A stretch of DNA of 64,000 nt from the NCBI GenBank assembly GCA_951406725.2, contig OX597832.1:13578001-13642000 (forward strand), given 5' to 3'. The notes beneath the pieces were generated by a model. It was not told the DNA's origin. It saw only the letters and a list, made by a program, of their open reading frames with translations, and did no database searches. How positions within the stretch are numbered: position 1 is the stretch's first letter; every line of letters begins with the position of its first letter. The position numbers were made by a program, and so were the translations under genes. The DNA comes from Octopus vulgaris. Taxonomy: Eukaryota. Of the stretch, positions 42,413 to 55,782 are shown one piece after another.

Positions 42413-43640
42413 CTGTTCATTCTTAACGGTCAAAGATTGTATACGGTGGTCACACACAACGAGGGATTTCTTTGTAAACACTTCCTTGACCTTCGGCCTG
42501 ACCCCCAGCCTGATACCTCCACACTTCTTCGTCTGGCCGAACTTGCCTATCCCTCAACTGGTTCCCGTGGCGGGGGAATTTTATCAATAGGTCAGGTAAT
42601 TGGCCATGGTAAAATTAATGGGCCCCAAATATGCGAACCTCTTCGTTGGCCACGCTGAGGCCCAAATATTCTCATTTTCACTGGTTTCTCTCCCGAGCTA
42701 TACAGTCGTTATATCGATGACTATATAGTCGCGACCTCACACTCCCGTGAACAACATGACTCCTTCTCACGTTTGTAAAATTCTTCCATCTTACACTCGA
42801 TTTTTTCTGTTCTATCTCTAACGCTCCCGTCGAATTTTCCGACATTTCTGTCCGTATACACCACTCTGCCGTTACTATCTCTCACTATCTCACTACAAAC
42901 ACACTGACACACACTCTTACCTCACATTCTCCACCTAGTACCCTACCCACACCGAACTCTTCACCCCCTACAAACAATTCGTCCGTCTACGCAGGGTCTG
43001 CAGTGACAACCATGACATTGAGGCTGAGTCTCAACTCATGGCTCACCATTTCATCCTACATGGATATCTCTTCACCAATATCCACACTGGCCTTGCTGCG
43101 CACGATCTATAGACTGTGGTTCGGCTTTTTCTGTTGGTACCCTCCCTACCCTTAACAGTCTGGCATTTACAGTCACCTACCACCCCTACACTATACCAAT
43201 CAAACGCACACAATTCTCTAACCCTTCCGGGACACCAGTATGACCCCTCCACCTCACACATCTTCCCTAAACCTACCAATTCCCTCCCTCAACCGAACCC
43301 ATAACTTGTTTGATCTCTTGGTCCAAAGTTTCTTCCCTATCCTCACCTTCCAGCCTGCCTCCTTCCCTTGCTACCGCCCACGCTGACGTACCTGCCCCAA
43401 CATCTCTAAAACCACCGTCTTCACAGTCACCCACCACCTTCACTATCACGTCACCAACTCCTTTACCTGTATCTTTAGCAATGTTATTTACTGCAGCTCC
43501 TGATCTGTCTGTCCTTCGCTGTACATTGGTCAAACTGGATGCCGTTTGGTTGCTCACCTCCTCTCGCTTGGGCTCAACATACCTCCTCTCTTCATCCTAC
43601 ACGGATTCCCACACTCCTCCCCTATTGAAATAACCCCTAC
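42413..43640 (+). pseudogene. Second-family Penelope-like element, 5'-truncated and degenerate
   Basis: LYTVVTHNEG, DTSTLLRLAEL, MGPKYANLFVGHAEAQIF, ELYSRYIDD (RT) and SNVIYCSS*SVCPSLYIGQTGCRL (GIY-YIG, ~43478-43548). Confidence 0.85.
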
Positions 43641-44373
43641 TACTACACATTTGCATAACGCCTACCTCGGTACACTCACCACACCCGCACAATTACATAC
43701 CAATACACACTATTCAGTTCATCACTCATTTCACACACCATTACACACAAACGTACCACATCTTTCCACACATCCCCACTCCATACAGACTAGCATCGAC
43801 CACTTTCCACCAGACACACCACACACCATTATCTACAAGTCCACAAGCAATCTTCAATAGCGTCACCACAAATACCAATACGTAGAGCAGCCACACACAC
43901 TGTTTCACGGCCGTTTTCGCTTGTTTCGAAACGAAAGAACATAAGGATAAGCGTTTCCTTCAAACATTCATTTCTTATCTCAAACAATACTCTGACTGAA
44001 GATAGTCAATCCAAAAGTAGATTCAGTTTACCAATAAATGATCGCAATGAACAACTCTGAGTCCAGGAAAATGGAGCTATTCAGTTAAAACGTATAGCTG
44101 TGTGTAAGTGTGGACGCGCGCACATGTGTGTTTATAAGACAAGGTTCAAATAATGAGTATTACATATACCTATATTGTAGTAAACTCGAATTTATATACA
44201 TGTGTGGCTCCAAATTGCTGCAAGTAACACACTGCTTTTGGTACTCGCTCCCATACAAAGTAAAACGACAGTATTCTCGAAAGTGAGAAACGATGGATCT
44301 ATTTTAAACAAAACACCTAACTAAATGTATCTTACACGTTCGAAGGACAATGGGGATAACAAAATATATTATT

Positions 44374-45755
44374 TTCTATTCTTGGCACAAGGTCCAACAT
44401 TTTTGTAGAGGAGGCCTGTCGATTAGATCAATCCCAGTACGCGTCTGATACTTAATCTATCGACCACGAAAGAATGAAAGGCAAAGTCAATCTCGGCGGA
44501 ATTTGAACTCAGAACGCAAAGACAGACGAAATACCTGTTTCTTTATTACCCACAAGGGGCTAAACATAGAGGGGACAAACAAAGACAGACAAATGAATTA
44601 AGTCGATTACATCGACCCCAATGTGTAACTGGTACTTAATTTATCGACCCTGAAAGGATTAAAGACAAAGTCAACCTCGGCGGAATTTGAACTCAGAACA
44701 TAGCGGCAGACGAAATACCGCTAAGCCATTCGCCCGGCGTGCTAACGTGTCTTATTTCTTTATTGCCCACAAGAGGCTAAACACAGAGGGGGAAAACATG
44801 GACAGGCAAAGTAAATAAGTCGATTACATCGCCCCCAGTGCCTAACTGGTACTTAATTTATCGACTCCGAAAGGATGAAAGGCAAAGTCGACCTCGGCGG
44901 AATTTGAACTCAGAATGTAGCGGCAGATGAAATACCTGTTTCTTTACTACCTACAGTGATCTAAACACAGAGGACACTAACAAGGACAGAAAAATGGATT
45001 AAGTCGATAATATCGACCCCAGTGCGTAACTGGTACTTAATTTATCGACCCCGAAAGGATGAAAGGCAAAGTCGACCTCGGCGGAATTTGAACTCAGAAC
45101 GCAAAGACAGACGAAATACCTGTTTCTTTATTATCCACAAGGGGCTAAACATAGAGGGGACAAACAAGGACAGACAAATGAATTAAGTCGATTACATCGA
45201 CCCCAATGTGTAACTGATACTTAATTTATCGACCCCGAAAGGATGGAAGACAAAGTCAACCTCGGCGGGATTTGAACTCAGAACATAGCGGCAGACGAAA
45301 TACCGCTAAGCCATTCGCCCGGCGTGCTAACGTGTCTTATTTCTTTATTGCCCACAAGAGGCTAAACACAGAGGGGGAAAACATGGACAGGCAAAGTAAA
45401 TAAGTCGATTACATCGCCCCCAGTCCCTAACTGGTACTTAATTTATCGACTCCGAAAAGGATGAAAGGCACAGTCGACCTCGGCGGAATTTGAACACAGA
45501 ATGTAGCGGCAGATGAAATACCTATTTCTTTACTACCCACAAGGATCTAAACACAGAGGACACTAACAAGGACAGACAGTTGGATTAAGTCGATAATATC
45601 GACCCCAGTGCGTAACTGGTACTTAATTTATCGACCCCGAAAGGATGAAAGGCAAAGTCCTCCTCGGCGGAATTTGAACTCGGAACGTAACGGCAGACGA
45701 AATACCGCTAAGAATTTCGCCCGGCGTGCTAACGTCTCTGCCAGCTCACCGCCTT
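44374..45755 (-). repeat. Head-to-tail concatemer of seven SINE family B units with a duplicated trimer
   Basis: Units start ~44374, 44536, 44749, 44937, 45121, 45333, 45523. Diagnostic variants recur at a 585-bp period. Only the last unit has the full tRNA head. Confidence 0.92.
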
Positions 45756-45913
45756 GATAAAGCAAGATATCAAATATAATATCTCACCAAAGAACAAGAG
45801 ATGCAAGGATATGCAGAAACAATTGTAATGACTTTTTAAAATAAAGACTGCATTTCAATCCATTTTATAGCATACATATATAAATACATACATACACATA
45901 CATATACATATAT

Positions 45914-46079
45914 TTATACGATATAGTGCATATTTATACACATAAGGAATCCACTTAGTGTGGGATTCAACACATTAGAGAGAACATCTAGCTTCTATAA
46001 CCTAGATGTTCTCTCTAATGTGTTGAATCTCACATTAAGTGGATTCCTCATGTGTATAAATATGCACTATATCGTATAA
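45914..46079. repeat. Hairpin, 78-bp arms, 10-nt loop
   Basis: 45914-45991 is the reverse complement of 46002-46079 with 3 mismatches by hand count. Confidence 0.95.
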
Positions 46080-46198
46080 CTAATATACAGTCTTCTTGAC
46101 TAATTTTTTTGCACGTTAGACCACTGGAAATGTAAATTTTGATTGAATATTTTAAATTTAATTAAATTCCATTTCCCTTTGATATGATTATACATATA

Positions 46199-46249
<51 letters not shown>

Positions 46250-46274
46250 ACACACTAACACTCATATTTATATA

Positions 46275-46692
46275 TAAAATGCTTGTTTCCTGATCACATG
46301 GTTCGATTTTCATTTCAACTGCGTAGCAGCTTGGGCATCTCTCTTCTGTTGTAGCCATGGGCCGACTCTAGCCAAACGAGTGGATTTGTTACACGGAAGC
46401 AAAAACTATCCAGTTGTATATATTTCTGTGTGCGTCAGCGTGCGTGTGCGTCGGTGTGTGTATTTATCTATTTATATTTGTGTTTGTCCCACCACCTCTA
46501 TGGCTTGACAACCGATGCTGGTGTGTTTCGTTCCCCGTAACTTAGCGGTTAGGCAAAGAAATTACTACAACTAGGTTTGCAAAAAATATAAGTATTGGGT
46601 TCAATTTGTTCGACTAAACAACCCCTTAAGGTGGTGCTCCAGCATGTCTACAATCAAGAGACAGAAACAAGTAAACGAATATAGGAATAAAA
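46275..46692 (+). mobile_element. Diverged SINE family A
   Basis: CACATGGTTC..TTGGGCA..GGCCGAC..TGGCTTGACAACCGATGCTGGTGTG..GGTGCTCCAGCATG. Confidence 0.75.
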
Positions 46693-46741
46693 GAATACAC
46701 ACATGCACACACACACATAGACGCACATACACACACTCACA

Positions 46742-46773
<32 letters not shown>

Positions 46774-46809
46774 CGTATATATACATGTACATATGTATGT
46801 ATACATGTA

Positions 46810-46930
<121 letters not shown>

Positions 46931-47588
46931 CATGTATACATAGTTGTATACATAACTGATATCTTTTTCATACTTGGATACTATACTTCTCTATACTACT
47001 CATTTTTTAAACCCAAAAGTACTGTATATACATTCTTGTAATATATGTAGTAAATATTAAAACACTTTGCTAGCGGTAGATCAAGGCGTTTAATAAATAA
47101 AATATCACACGGATACTTTTATAATTTGACAAATTTTTAATGTAAATCTCACTCGCACAGCAAACATACCAGTATTTAATTTATTTCTTCATCGATTCCC
47201 ATTTAATGATGTATTCTACTAAAATAAAGGCATGAAATCAATATAAAATTCATTAATACTGTGTCTTATGCTATTCTTCCCTCTGAACCTGTAACGTTTA
47301 GAATTTTATATCCTGAAAGTAAATGTGTCCATTTTCTTTTCAAAGTGGAAAACTTAACAGCTATTTCCCGTATATGATTACACACACACACACACAGATA
47401 CGCACACACACATACACATACATGCACTCACACACTCACACTTACGCACACACACAAACATACACACACAAACAGACATACACACACATATATGTACATA
47501 CTTGCACGTATTCTTACACACATACATATATATATATCTATACATAGGTATATATGTATAAGTATTTCTATATGTACGTGCGTATATA

Positions 47589-47664
<76 letters not shown>

Positions 47665-48120
47665 TTTATATATTTATATTTATATATATATAAGCTTGCA
47701 TATACTCAGCTATATATGTATATATATATATGTATATTTATTAGAATATACACATATTTATGTATATATGTACACAACATGCACATGCACACACACACAC
47801 ACATAGACACACATACACTCACGTACATATAGATAAAGAGACACAAATGTACGCTTACACATCTACATACATATATATGTATATGCTATAGATTTTTAAA
47901 CCAGGAGAATAGTCCTATTTATTGAAACACATAAAATAATCAGATCATTTGACATTGCATATAAAATCTTTGGTGTTATATATATTATAGAATTTCTCTC
48001 TTTGAAATCTATTTAACAGGATTCCTACTTCGTTGGAGAACATAAAATTTACGAAATAGGATTTTTAGGGAACATGTCAACCGATCTACTGGAACAAATA
48101 CAACAACGCTTCAATGCCAC

Positions 48121-48121
48121 T

Positions 48122-48181
<60 letters not shown>

Positions 48182-48230
48182 CACTGCCTGCTGCGCACTG
48201 TTGTTGCCACATACACAGATGAATCATAAA

Positions 48231-48269
<39 letters not shown>

Positions 48270-48291
48270 TAATAATAATGATAATAATAAC

Positions 48292-48362
<71 letters not shown>

Positions 48363-48445
48363 TTATCATGATGGCGACATTGACGACGACAACAACGATG
48401 ACGTCGATGATGGTGATAACGATGATGGTGATGATGATGATGATG

Positions 48446-48511
<66 letters not shown>

Positions 48512-48630
48512 GAACAACAATAATAATAACAATAATAATAATAATGATTATCATGATAAAGACAATGACGACGACGGCGATGATGATGATGACGACGGTG
48601 ATAATAATAATAATAATAAAAATAATAATA
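48121..48630. repeat. Compound trinucleotide microsatellite (TAC)n/(TGC)n/(AAT)n/(GAT)n
   Basis: Direct inspection. AATAATGATTATCATGAT junction occurs twice (~48355, ~48541). Confidence 0.95.
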
Positions 48631-49253
48631 CAGGAATATATCGTTTTTAGTTTTCTGACGAAGTGTTTGTGGAGTTTTTATTGTGAAGTAATGCATTTCC
48701 AATCGGGAAGGATTCGATTAAACATTAAACACATTTTAAAAGTTAGTTATTAATATACCGGATGTAGAGCGAGTGCGCATGCATTTCTTAATTTAAATAT
48801 CAAAATTGGCACGAGGATATGCCTGCATACCTATCTAAAAGCAAAAACAGAAAACTATATCTAGTTACGGACCATTAGTGGCCTGTTTTACGCCGTGAGA
48901 TCTGAAGACAGCGGAGTAGTTTGTGATCTCTTTAAACATAGGCAAATACATAGTTTCAATTTAACAGGTAGTAAAATTTGATGGCTCTCCAAATCTTTCA
49001 TTGATATTAGGGAATGTGTTTATCATTATACAGTCGGAGGATTAATTGTAGCAAACCAATTTATTTGCAGTCGCTCACAGACAGGTGAAAATAAATGAGG
49101 TTCAAAGCTAGTAGGGCGAATTTGAAAGGCATGTGGGTTTTATGTAAGTTGAAACGAGTAGTGTAGAGGTGTTGGTATGAGAAGTTAAGTGCAAAAGCGA
49201 TTGCGGTTGAAGTAGTAGAGACAGCGAAAAAGGATAAGGTATATATCATGTAA

Positions 49254-49485
49254 AGGCGGCGAGCTGGCAGAAACATTAGCACGCCTGGCGAAATGCGTGG
49301 CCGTATTTCGCCTGCCGTTATGTTCTGAGTTTAAATTCCGCCGAGGGCTTTATCTTTCATCCTTTCGGGGTTGATAAATTATGTATCAGTTACGCACTGG
49401 GGTCGATATAATCGACTTAATCCGTTTGCCTGTCCTTGTTTGTCCCTTCTGTGTTTAGCCCCTTGTGGGTAGTAAAGAAATAGGT
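49254..49485 (+). mobile_element. SINE family B, full length
   Basis: AGGCGGCGAGCTGGCAGAAAC head to GTAGTAAAGAAATAGG tail. Confidence 0.9.
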
Positions 49486-49583
49486 ATATATCATGTTTCT
49501 AGAGATAGTCAGTTTCTATGTAGTGTACATAGATGCAGTGTAGTAGAAGCTAAGTATATGTTGTTAGTGTATGTGTGTGTACG

Positions 49584-49649
<66 letters not shown>

Positions 49650-49983
49650 ATTATCTACTGTTTTAACGTTAACAATATATAGTATTTACATAGATTCTCC
49701 TATTGAGAGTTTTTACACGCAATGTCCTTTGTTTTCACTGAGCTGACACACGATCTAAGAGGTTGTATCGGCTGCTATTTTTAGGAAATTGAAGGACACA
49801 CTATTTTTGGCTCTCATGTTGTACGAAAGGCAATGAACTGCATAAATTTAGTTGGGGTGTTGATTGTTTTATTAAGAATGTATTTTTCTATTTTGAGTAT
49901 GTCTTCGTGTAATTTATGCTAAATCTGTTCCTATTTACTTCATGGAGGTTATTTCGCCAACTTCGGGTTGAATTTAAAGCATA

Positions 49984-50321
49984 CCTATTTCTTTACAACC
50001 CACAAGGGGTTAAACACAGAGAGGACAAACAAAGACAGACGGACGGATTAAGTCGATTATATCGACCCCAGTGCGTAACTGGTACTTATTTAATCGACCC
50101 CGAAAGGATGAACGGCAAAGTCGAACTCGGTGGAATCTGAACTCAAAACGTAGCGGCAGACGTAATACCGATTTCTATTTTTTTACTACCCACAAGGGGC
50201 TAAACACAGAGAGGACAAACAAGGACAGACGAACGGATTAAGTCATTTATATCGTAGCTGCAGACGAAATACCGCTAGGCATTTCGCCCGGCGCGCTAAC
50301 GATTCTGCCAGTCGCTGCCTT
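49984..50321 (-). mobile_element. SINE family B dimer
   Basis: Two tails (49984, ~50175) and one head (50321). Junction at the AATACC site. Confidence 0.85.
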
Positions 50322-51729
50322 GCTGAATTTAAGGTATACCTTTATAGAATTAGGGTGATTCTGGTTTGTTGTTTCTAGTTGTCTGTGCTATACCTCAGGC
50401 ATGGAAGATTCATTTGTGGTGCGAAAATGGTGTGACAGTTGTAGTTACTTCGATGAAAATTAATTGTGGGAATACAATATTAATATAGATAAGAGTGCAA
50501 TCAGACTAATAGCCGCCAATCTCAGAAAGCAATGTGAATCAACCAACAAGAAATAGGTAATCTACAGTGCTTACTTGCTCTAATGTACATGCTATGCTAA
50601 TGAGAATGTATTATCATGAATGAGAAGTATAATCTAAGTGATTTGTTTCGAAATTCTGTGGTTCCACAGAGGCCTGTTATATTTGAAGTGGAAAGGCTAT
50701 ACTAGATAAACTTGCTCTGAATATAGCAACCTACAAATATCAGCTACAAGTGGGAATTGGAATAACTCAACACACCACTGGGCACTCATCTGCTTTACTG
50801 TATTTGCTAATGCAAATAGAACCCCTAAGTTGTGGTATCTATTTATTGCTACGCAGTCGAGTGGGCTGTTGACTCGTTCATCCGCATATCTCGCGTTGTG
50901 TTTATAAGAAAACAAACCGAATTGAATATCAGCAACGTTAAAATTGCTAAGATTTGAATCATAATCGTGTCACGAATGTCAGTTGCATATGGCTACTTAA
51001 AATGCAAATCAGTCATATCGTGTATTCACTACATTATTAACGGTTATTTAAAGACGGGCTTCATAGTTTGAAATTTATTCAATAAAATGCCATTTATCGC
51101 CTTATGAATTCCAAATCATAAACTTTTATTTCCGTAAGAAGTTCGAAAGGATTTCTCAGCTGCAGAAGATCATAACACAATGCTTGAGGGAAATGATTCT
51201 TATTCTTATCAATAAATGGTCAATTTATTCAATATGATATTAACATGGTGTCCAATGATGCTAGGTTTATGGAAATTCAGGATACCTACAATCGTAATGT
51301 CATAAATGGGGTTATCTAACAGAAGCGTTTCAGGCGATGTACACTTCATCTCAAAGGGAATAATTTACAATTCAAGAGGACATTTCCTTTAACATACATC
51401 CGAAAATATGAACGAATCCTCACTTGTAAAGTTATTATTTTTGTTATTGTCGTTCTTATTTCGTTTCAGTTTATCCTCGATCAAATAAAACTGATTTATA
51501 TATCCACATATGTAACATCATGTTAGTATAATCAGGATTCGTTTCATCGTATCTTCTTCGCCCACTTGTTCCTAGAATACAAGAATAACAGAAAAGTAGG
51601 AGGTAAAAAGTATGGTAATGTTGTTGTGCTCTTCATTCAAGAGGACTTCAAGTGTAATCGAAGCACCTCACTGCCAAATATATTCCTGAACACCAAAGTT
51701 AAGTACTCTCGCAAATTCTATTTCTCTAT

Positions 51730-52260
51730 GTTGTAGGTCTAGATTTAGTCGGATACTATCTACTGTCGCCATTTTAGTAATTTTTACCTTACTTTCAATA
51801 AACCCAAATGAGGACAGCAGCTTCCAATCCACCCACACTTTCTTTTTCAAGTAAAACTTGAAAAATCGATTAGAGCTCAACCAAAGAGGATGTCGATGTC
51901 CTCGTGCACTAGGCAACGTCTTTCTCCACCTCCAGCAGGCAGGAAAATTCTTCATTACCTGCTCGATTAAGGAAGGGCAGCAGGACCGTCGTAATTATGG
52001 ACTCCGTTGATAGACGGATCAATCCTAGAATGCATGTCACCGACATAACTCCACAAGTAGTAAAGATCCATCTTGGATATATATTTACCGCATATATTTC
52101 CCATCTGCCTTGAGATTATCTTCTTTATGTAGCTTCACTGGATCGCTTCTGATCCTAGTAGCGAACAGTAGTTTATGCGACTAATTATACGTCTTCCAGA
52201 AGACCATTATGATTTCTTGTCTACTGTTCTGATAGCTCTAAGGAACCCTCCGCCCAGCCG
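51730..52260 (-). pseudogene. Degenerate Tx1/L1-like LINE ORF2 C-terminus
   Basis: Minus reads HAF*D*S (eroded HxFWDC zinc finger, ~52035) and FFKFYLKKKVWVDWKLLS near the end. Confidence 0.45.
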
Positions 52261-54309
52261 CCAATATTTTATTACCAGCTTAGTAATTGACATCTGAAAA
52301 ATGCATTACTCATGTCAATGCTCAGATCACGTGTTGATTTTCATTCAGGGCCTGCAATCCTTCTTGGGCCAGCCAGAATAAAAAAATTGACGCGTAAAAA
52401 AGGGACGTTTAAATGTTTTGAATCCGAGATATGCGATATAAGACTGAATTTATTACCCGCCTGATTCGGAAATATATACGGAGATTATATACATATTGAA
52501 TATAAAATCTGCAAAAATCTGTACTCTCCCACATCTGTATAAAAGTCCGCACACACTGGCATTCTCTGAAATACAGAAAGATTTTGATGTGACATCATGC
52601 AATGAAACAGATATTGCAGCATGTAGGGAGCATATAATTTTGTTAATAATCACAAGTACTTGTTGTAGCTCACTTCAGATTTATTGTTAAATAATCAATT
52701 AATGAATTTATAAATTATTGATTAGGCTATCATGAATGGTCGGTCACACTACTCTGGCATTTTCAATGATTTCAATGGTACCCTATTGTGCAATTGATGA
52801 TGAATTTGTTGCGTGTTAAGTGCCATCTAAGTCATTGATTTTCAAATTGAACAAATATTACAACTTCCTCCCAAAATATTTGCGAAAATGTGGGGCCCTG
52901 CTTCTCTATTAATAACACAGAAAGCAGCATTCGCTTCCATATAATTCTATCATCACCATGATATACATATGCATAAAAATTTATTTGCTCAGCTAAACCC
53001 TTCAAGGCAGTTCTGCAGTATGAATTCAATCCAGTGACTGGATTGTAATAGCTACATGATAAGAGTTAGAAAGATATACATCTTTCTGTGTATATACATG
53101 TAGAAGAGAAATTATATATTTTTATCTACAGTTTTGATGGCGTCATCATAAAGCTCTGTTGCCTTGATGCATATATGTTTGTTTAGTTTTTCTCGATATG
53201 GGCATTTGTTTTTTTGCGCGTATGCGTTGACCTGTGTTTAGCGGAATTTGAATTCTTTCGTTTTTGTTCGTTCATATTTTATTGAAGATGGTGTTTTCGC
53301 GTGTACTGGCAAACCGCTCATTTTTGTTTCTTCAGGAAGTGCATGTTTTACAAATCTGAATACAAATCTTAGCTTTATCTCGTTGAGGTGAATGATAACG
53401 GAGATTACTGGGGTGACTTTATCGTAAACTAACACAGTTATTATTCTATTTTTCTTCTGTACGACATTTTGTCTCAAGGGTATTCATACAGATTTTTCTC
53501 GCTCCCATCTGTGTTAATATCCTGAGAATATTTTCCATGACAGTCCATGCTGCTTGGTCATTGTAGAACATCCTAATACACCTACAAAAAATTTTTTAAA
53601 AGTTCATGCTTCTATATAAAACATCTAGATAAAGCTTCCATATTAGTCACAGCTTTTTGGCCTAAATTTTATCACAGTCATGATATAAAACTCAAATTGT
53701 ATTTGAATTTCATTTTTCTATCATTACCAGCTCCCTACTGGGTCAAGTAGCGAAGAATTGCATATCCTGGAATATGTTGTGTTATTGCAAATTTGTGCCA
53801 TGTTTTTTTTTTTTTTGGTACTATACGAGGAATATGCCACTTCATTCATGCATTTATTTCGAAACTCAAATTCGATAAGATAGTTCGATGCTATTGGTTG
53901 TGTACGGAGATTGCGGGCATAAACGCATTGCTGCTACAATTGATGGACATGTACTAGATACGTTCCACAAAATCTTAACTAGTTCCATATCTTATTTCAT
54001 TCAGACACTGGACGACGAAACCAACTGCAGTACTTTTATTTTTAAGTCCGTATGTCTCCCACTGTTGCCTGCAGAATCGTATAAGTTACGGGAACATAAA
54101 GAAACAAAAACCAGATGTGACGCATTGTGTTGACACACACGCACACTCACGCACACATTTTCACACATACTCACACACATACTTGCACACATACATCCAT
54201 AGAGAAACCTTTTTCTCAAACATACCATCAACTTAATTCACTCACAAGGCATTAGTTGGCCAGGTGCTAATGGGCTATAGCAGGAGGTACTTGCACAATG
54301 TACCATGTA

Positions 54310-55556
54310 TCAGGGCAACCCATAAGTTCTGTCAGAATTTTGAATAAGGTCGGGATAATAAAGTGGATGAGGAATTTTTTCCCAACCAAGCCCTTCGACC
54401 TTCTGTGATGTGATCTTTGCAGTGTGGGGTCGCGTATTTTCCTGATGAAACATCATGCCTTTTCGACTCACTAAAGCGGGCTTCTGTTCTTCAAAGCTTG
54501 GTTCAAACTTCCTAATTGCTGACAGTAGACTTGAGCATTGATCGCTGTTTTAGGTGGTAATAATTCAAAATGAATCACTCCTTTGCAATCCCGTCAAATA
54601 GGGAGAAGAAACTTTTTTCCTATGAAGTTCCCTTCTCGGTTGCTTTTTCCCTTTTACCAAGCAACTCTTTATTACCTTTAACATTTCAATAGAAGATCAG
54701 TTTTTCATCACCAGTCACAAGTTTTAAAAAATGGTTTAAATGAGTTCGCGAAAATGGAGAGAAGAACAGATGTCAACTCGGGATTTGCGGTTACTTTCGG
54801 ACAATTCATGAGGCACCCAGCTTCGAAGTTTAGGAACGTTTCCAAGTTGTTGAAGATGACGATGAACAGTTGTATGGATTGAACTAAGCTTTCTTGCCAA
54901 TTCTTCAACTGATAATGCAGGATTTTCTTCAAGTAATGCCTCAAGGAGCTTCTCCTCAAACTCAACACGGCATCCTGTTCGATCTTAAACTTCAAGGCTG
55001 AAATCTCCATTTCTTAATTTTGCAAAACATCTCCTGCAAGTTCTTTCATTCAAGCATTCTTTCTCATTAACTGGATGTATGATTCGAGTTGCTTCGGCAG
55101 CAGAGTTTCCTTTTTTGGTACTCTTAAAGCATTATGTGTCTGAAATAGACTTTGGATACTTCCATGTTGGAAAATGTTTTAATCAACGAAATTTTAATTC
55201 TATTGTTCTGTAAAATAATATGTAATTTCAGTTCTATATTTAAGAGATAAGGAATTATGTACATTATTTACATTATTTACTTACGACGGATATTTGTCCT
55301 CGGCTTGTTTCGAAATTTCTCCAAGACACCTGACGTAGGCAGGATGGTATATCAGCCGAAACGTTGTGTTAAGAACAAACAAGATGAGGACAAATATCCG
55401 TCGAATGTAAATAATATAAATAATGTAAAATATGTAATTAGTTTAAATGTACACAAATGCTTAAAAATAATTTTTTATTCCATTAGACATTCTAAAATCC
55501 TATTTCTTTCAATTTTTAAAAAGGTAAAATCGGACAGAATTTATGGGGTGACCTGA
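54310..55556 (-). mobile_element. Mariner element with both TIRs and a dead transposase
   Basis: TIRs TCAGGGCAACCCATAAGTTCTGTC and GACAGAATTTATGGGGTGACCTGA, TA on the left. Minus encodes GNSAAEATR, WVPHELS, VTGDEK and FHQENTRPHTA. Confidence 0.9.
55228..55428. mobile_element. Family H fold-back element containing a minimal hammerhead-like motif (55325-55370, +), inserted in the mariner
   Basis: Arms ~55258-55310 and 55377-55427 are inverted. GACAC-CTGACGT-A-GGC...GCC-GAAA-CGTT-GTGTT. 11-bp TSD AATATGTAATT at 55217-55227 and 55429-55439. Confidence 0.8.
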
Positions 55557-55569
55557 CAGAGACGGAAAT

Positions 55570-55782
55570 TGGAGATACATGGCATAGTGGTTAAGGAGTT
55601 GGACTCATGACTAAGCTTGTGGTTTCGATTCCTGGACTGGGCGAGGCGTTTACTCAGCTGATTAAAATGTGTAATCCTGCAACGGACCGGCGTATCCTCT
55701 ATGATGGGAATTTATACGTCATGGAAACAGGGAAACGTAACCTTATGAGTAGGCAGGACTTGAGAAAGTAATCTTTACCTTT
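55570..55782 (+). mobile_element. Diverged SINE family C
   Basis: TGGCATAGTGGTTAAGG..GGTTTCGATTCCTGG..GCAACGGACCGGCGT..GAAACAGGGAAAC. Confidence 0.65.

Noticed and set aside
43501-43503. In-frame TGA at a Cys position of the GIY-YIG domain (selenocysteine as in some Naiad PLEs)
   Set aside because: The copy has many other stops and frameshifts and I see no SECIS; simple mutation is more likely.
43990-44090. CTGAAGA...GAAA...GTT downstream of the second PLE as an HHR with long stem II
   Set aside because: The position is suggestive, but stems I and II cannot be paired convincingly in this copy.
44374-45755. CRISPR-like array
   Set aside because: Eukaryotic context, 160-230-bp units without unique spacers, no cas genes.
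52346-52700. CAGGGCCTGCAATCC as a hAT-like TIR
   Set aside because: No matching opposite TIR, TSD or transposase was found.
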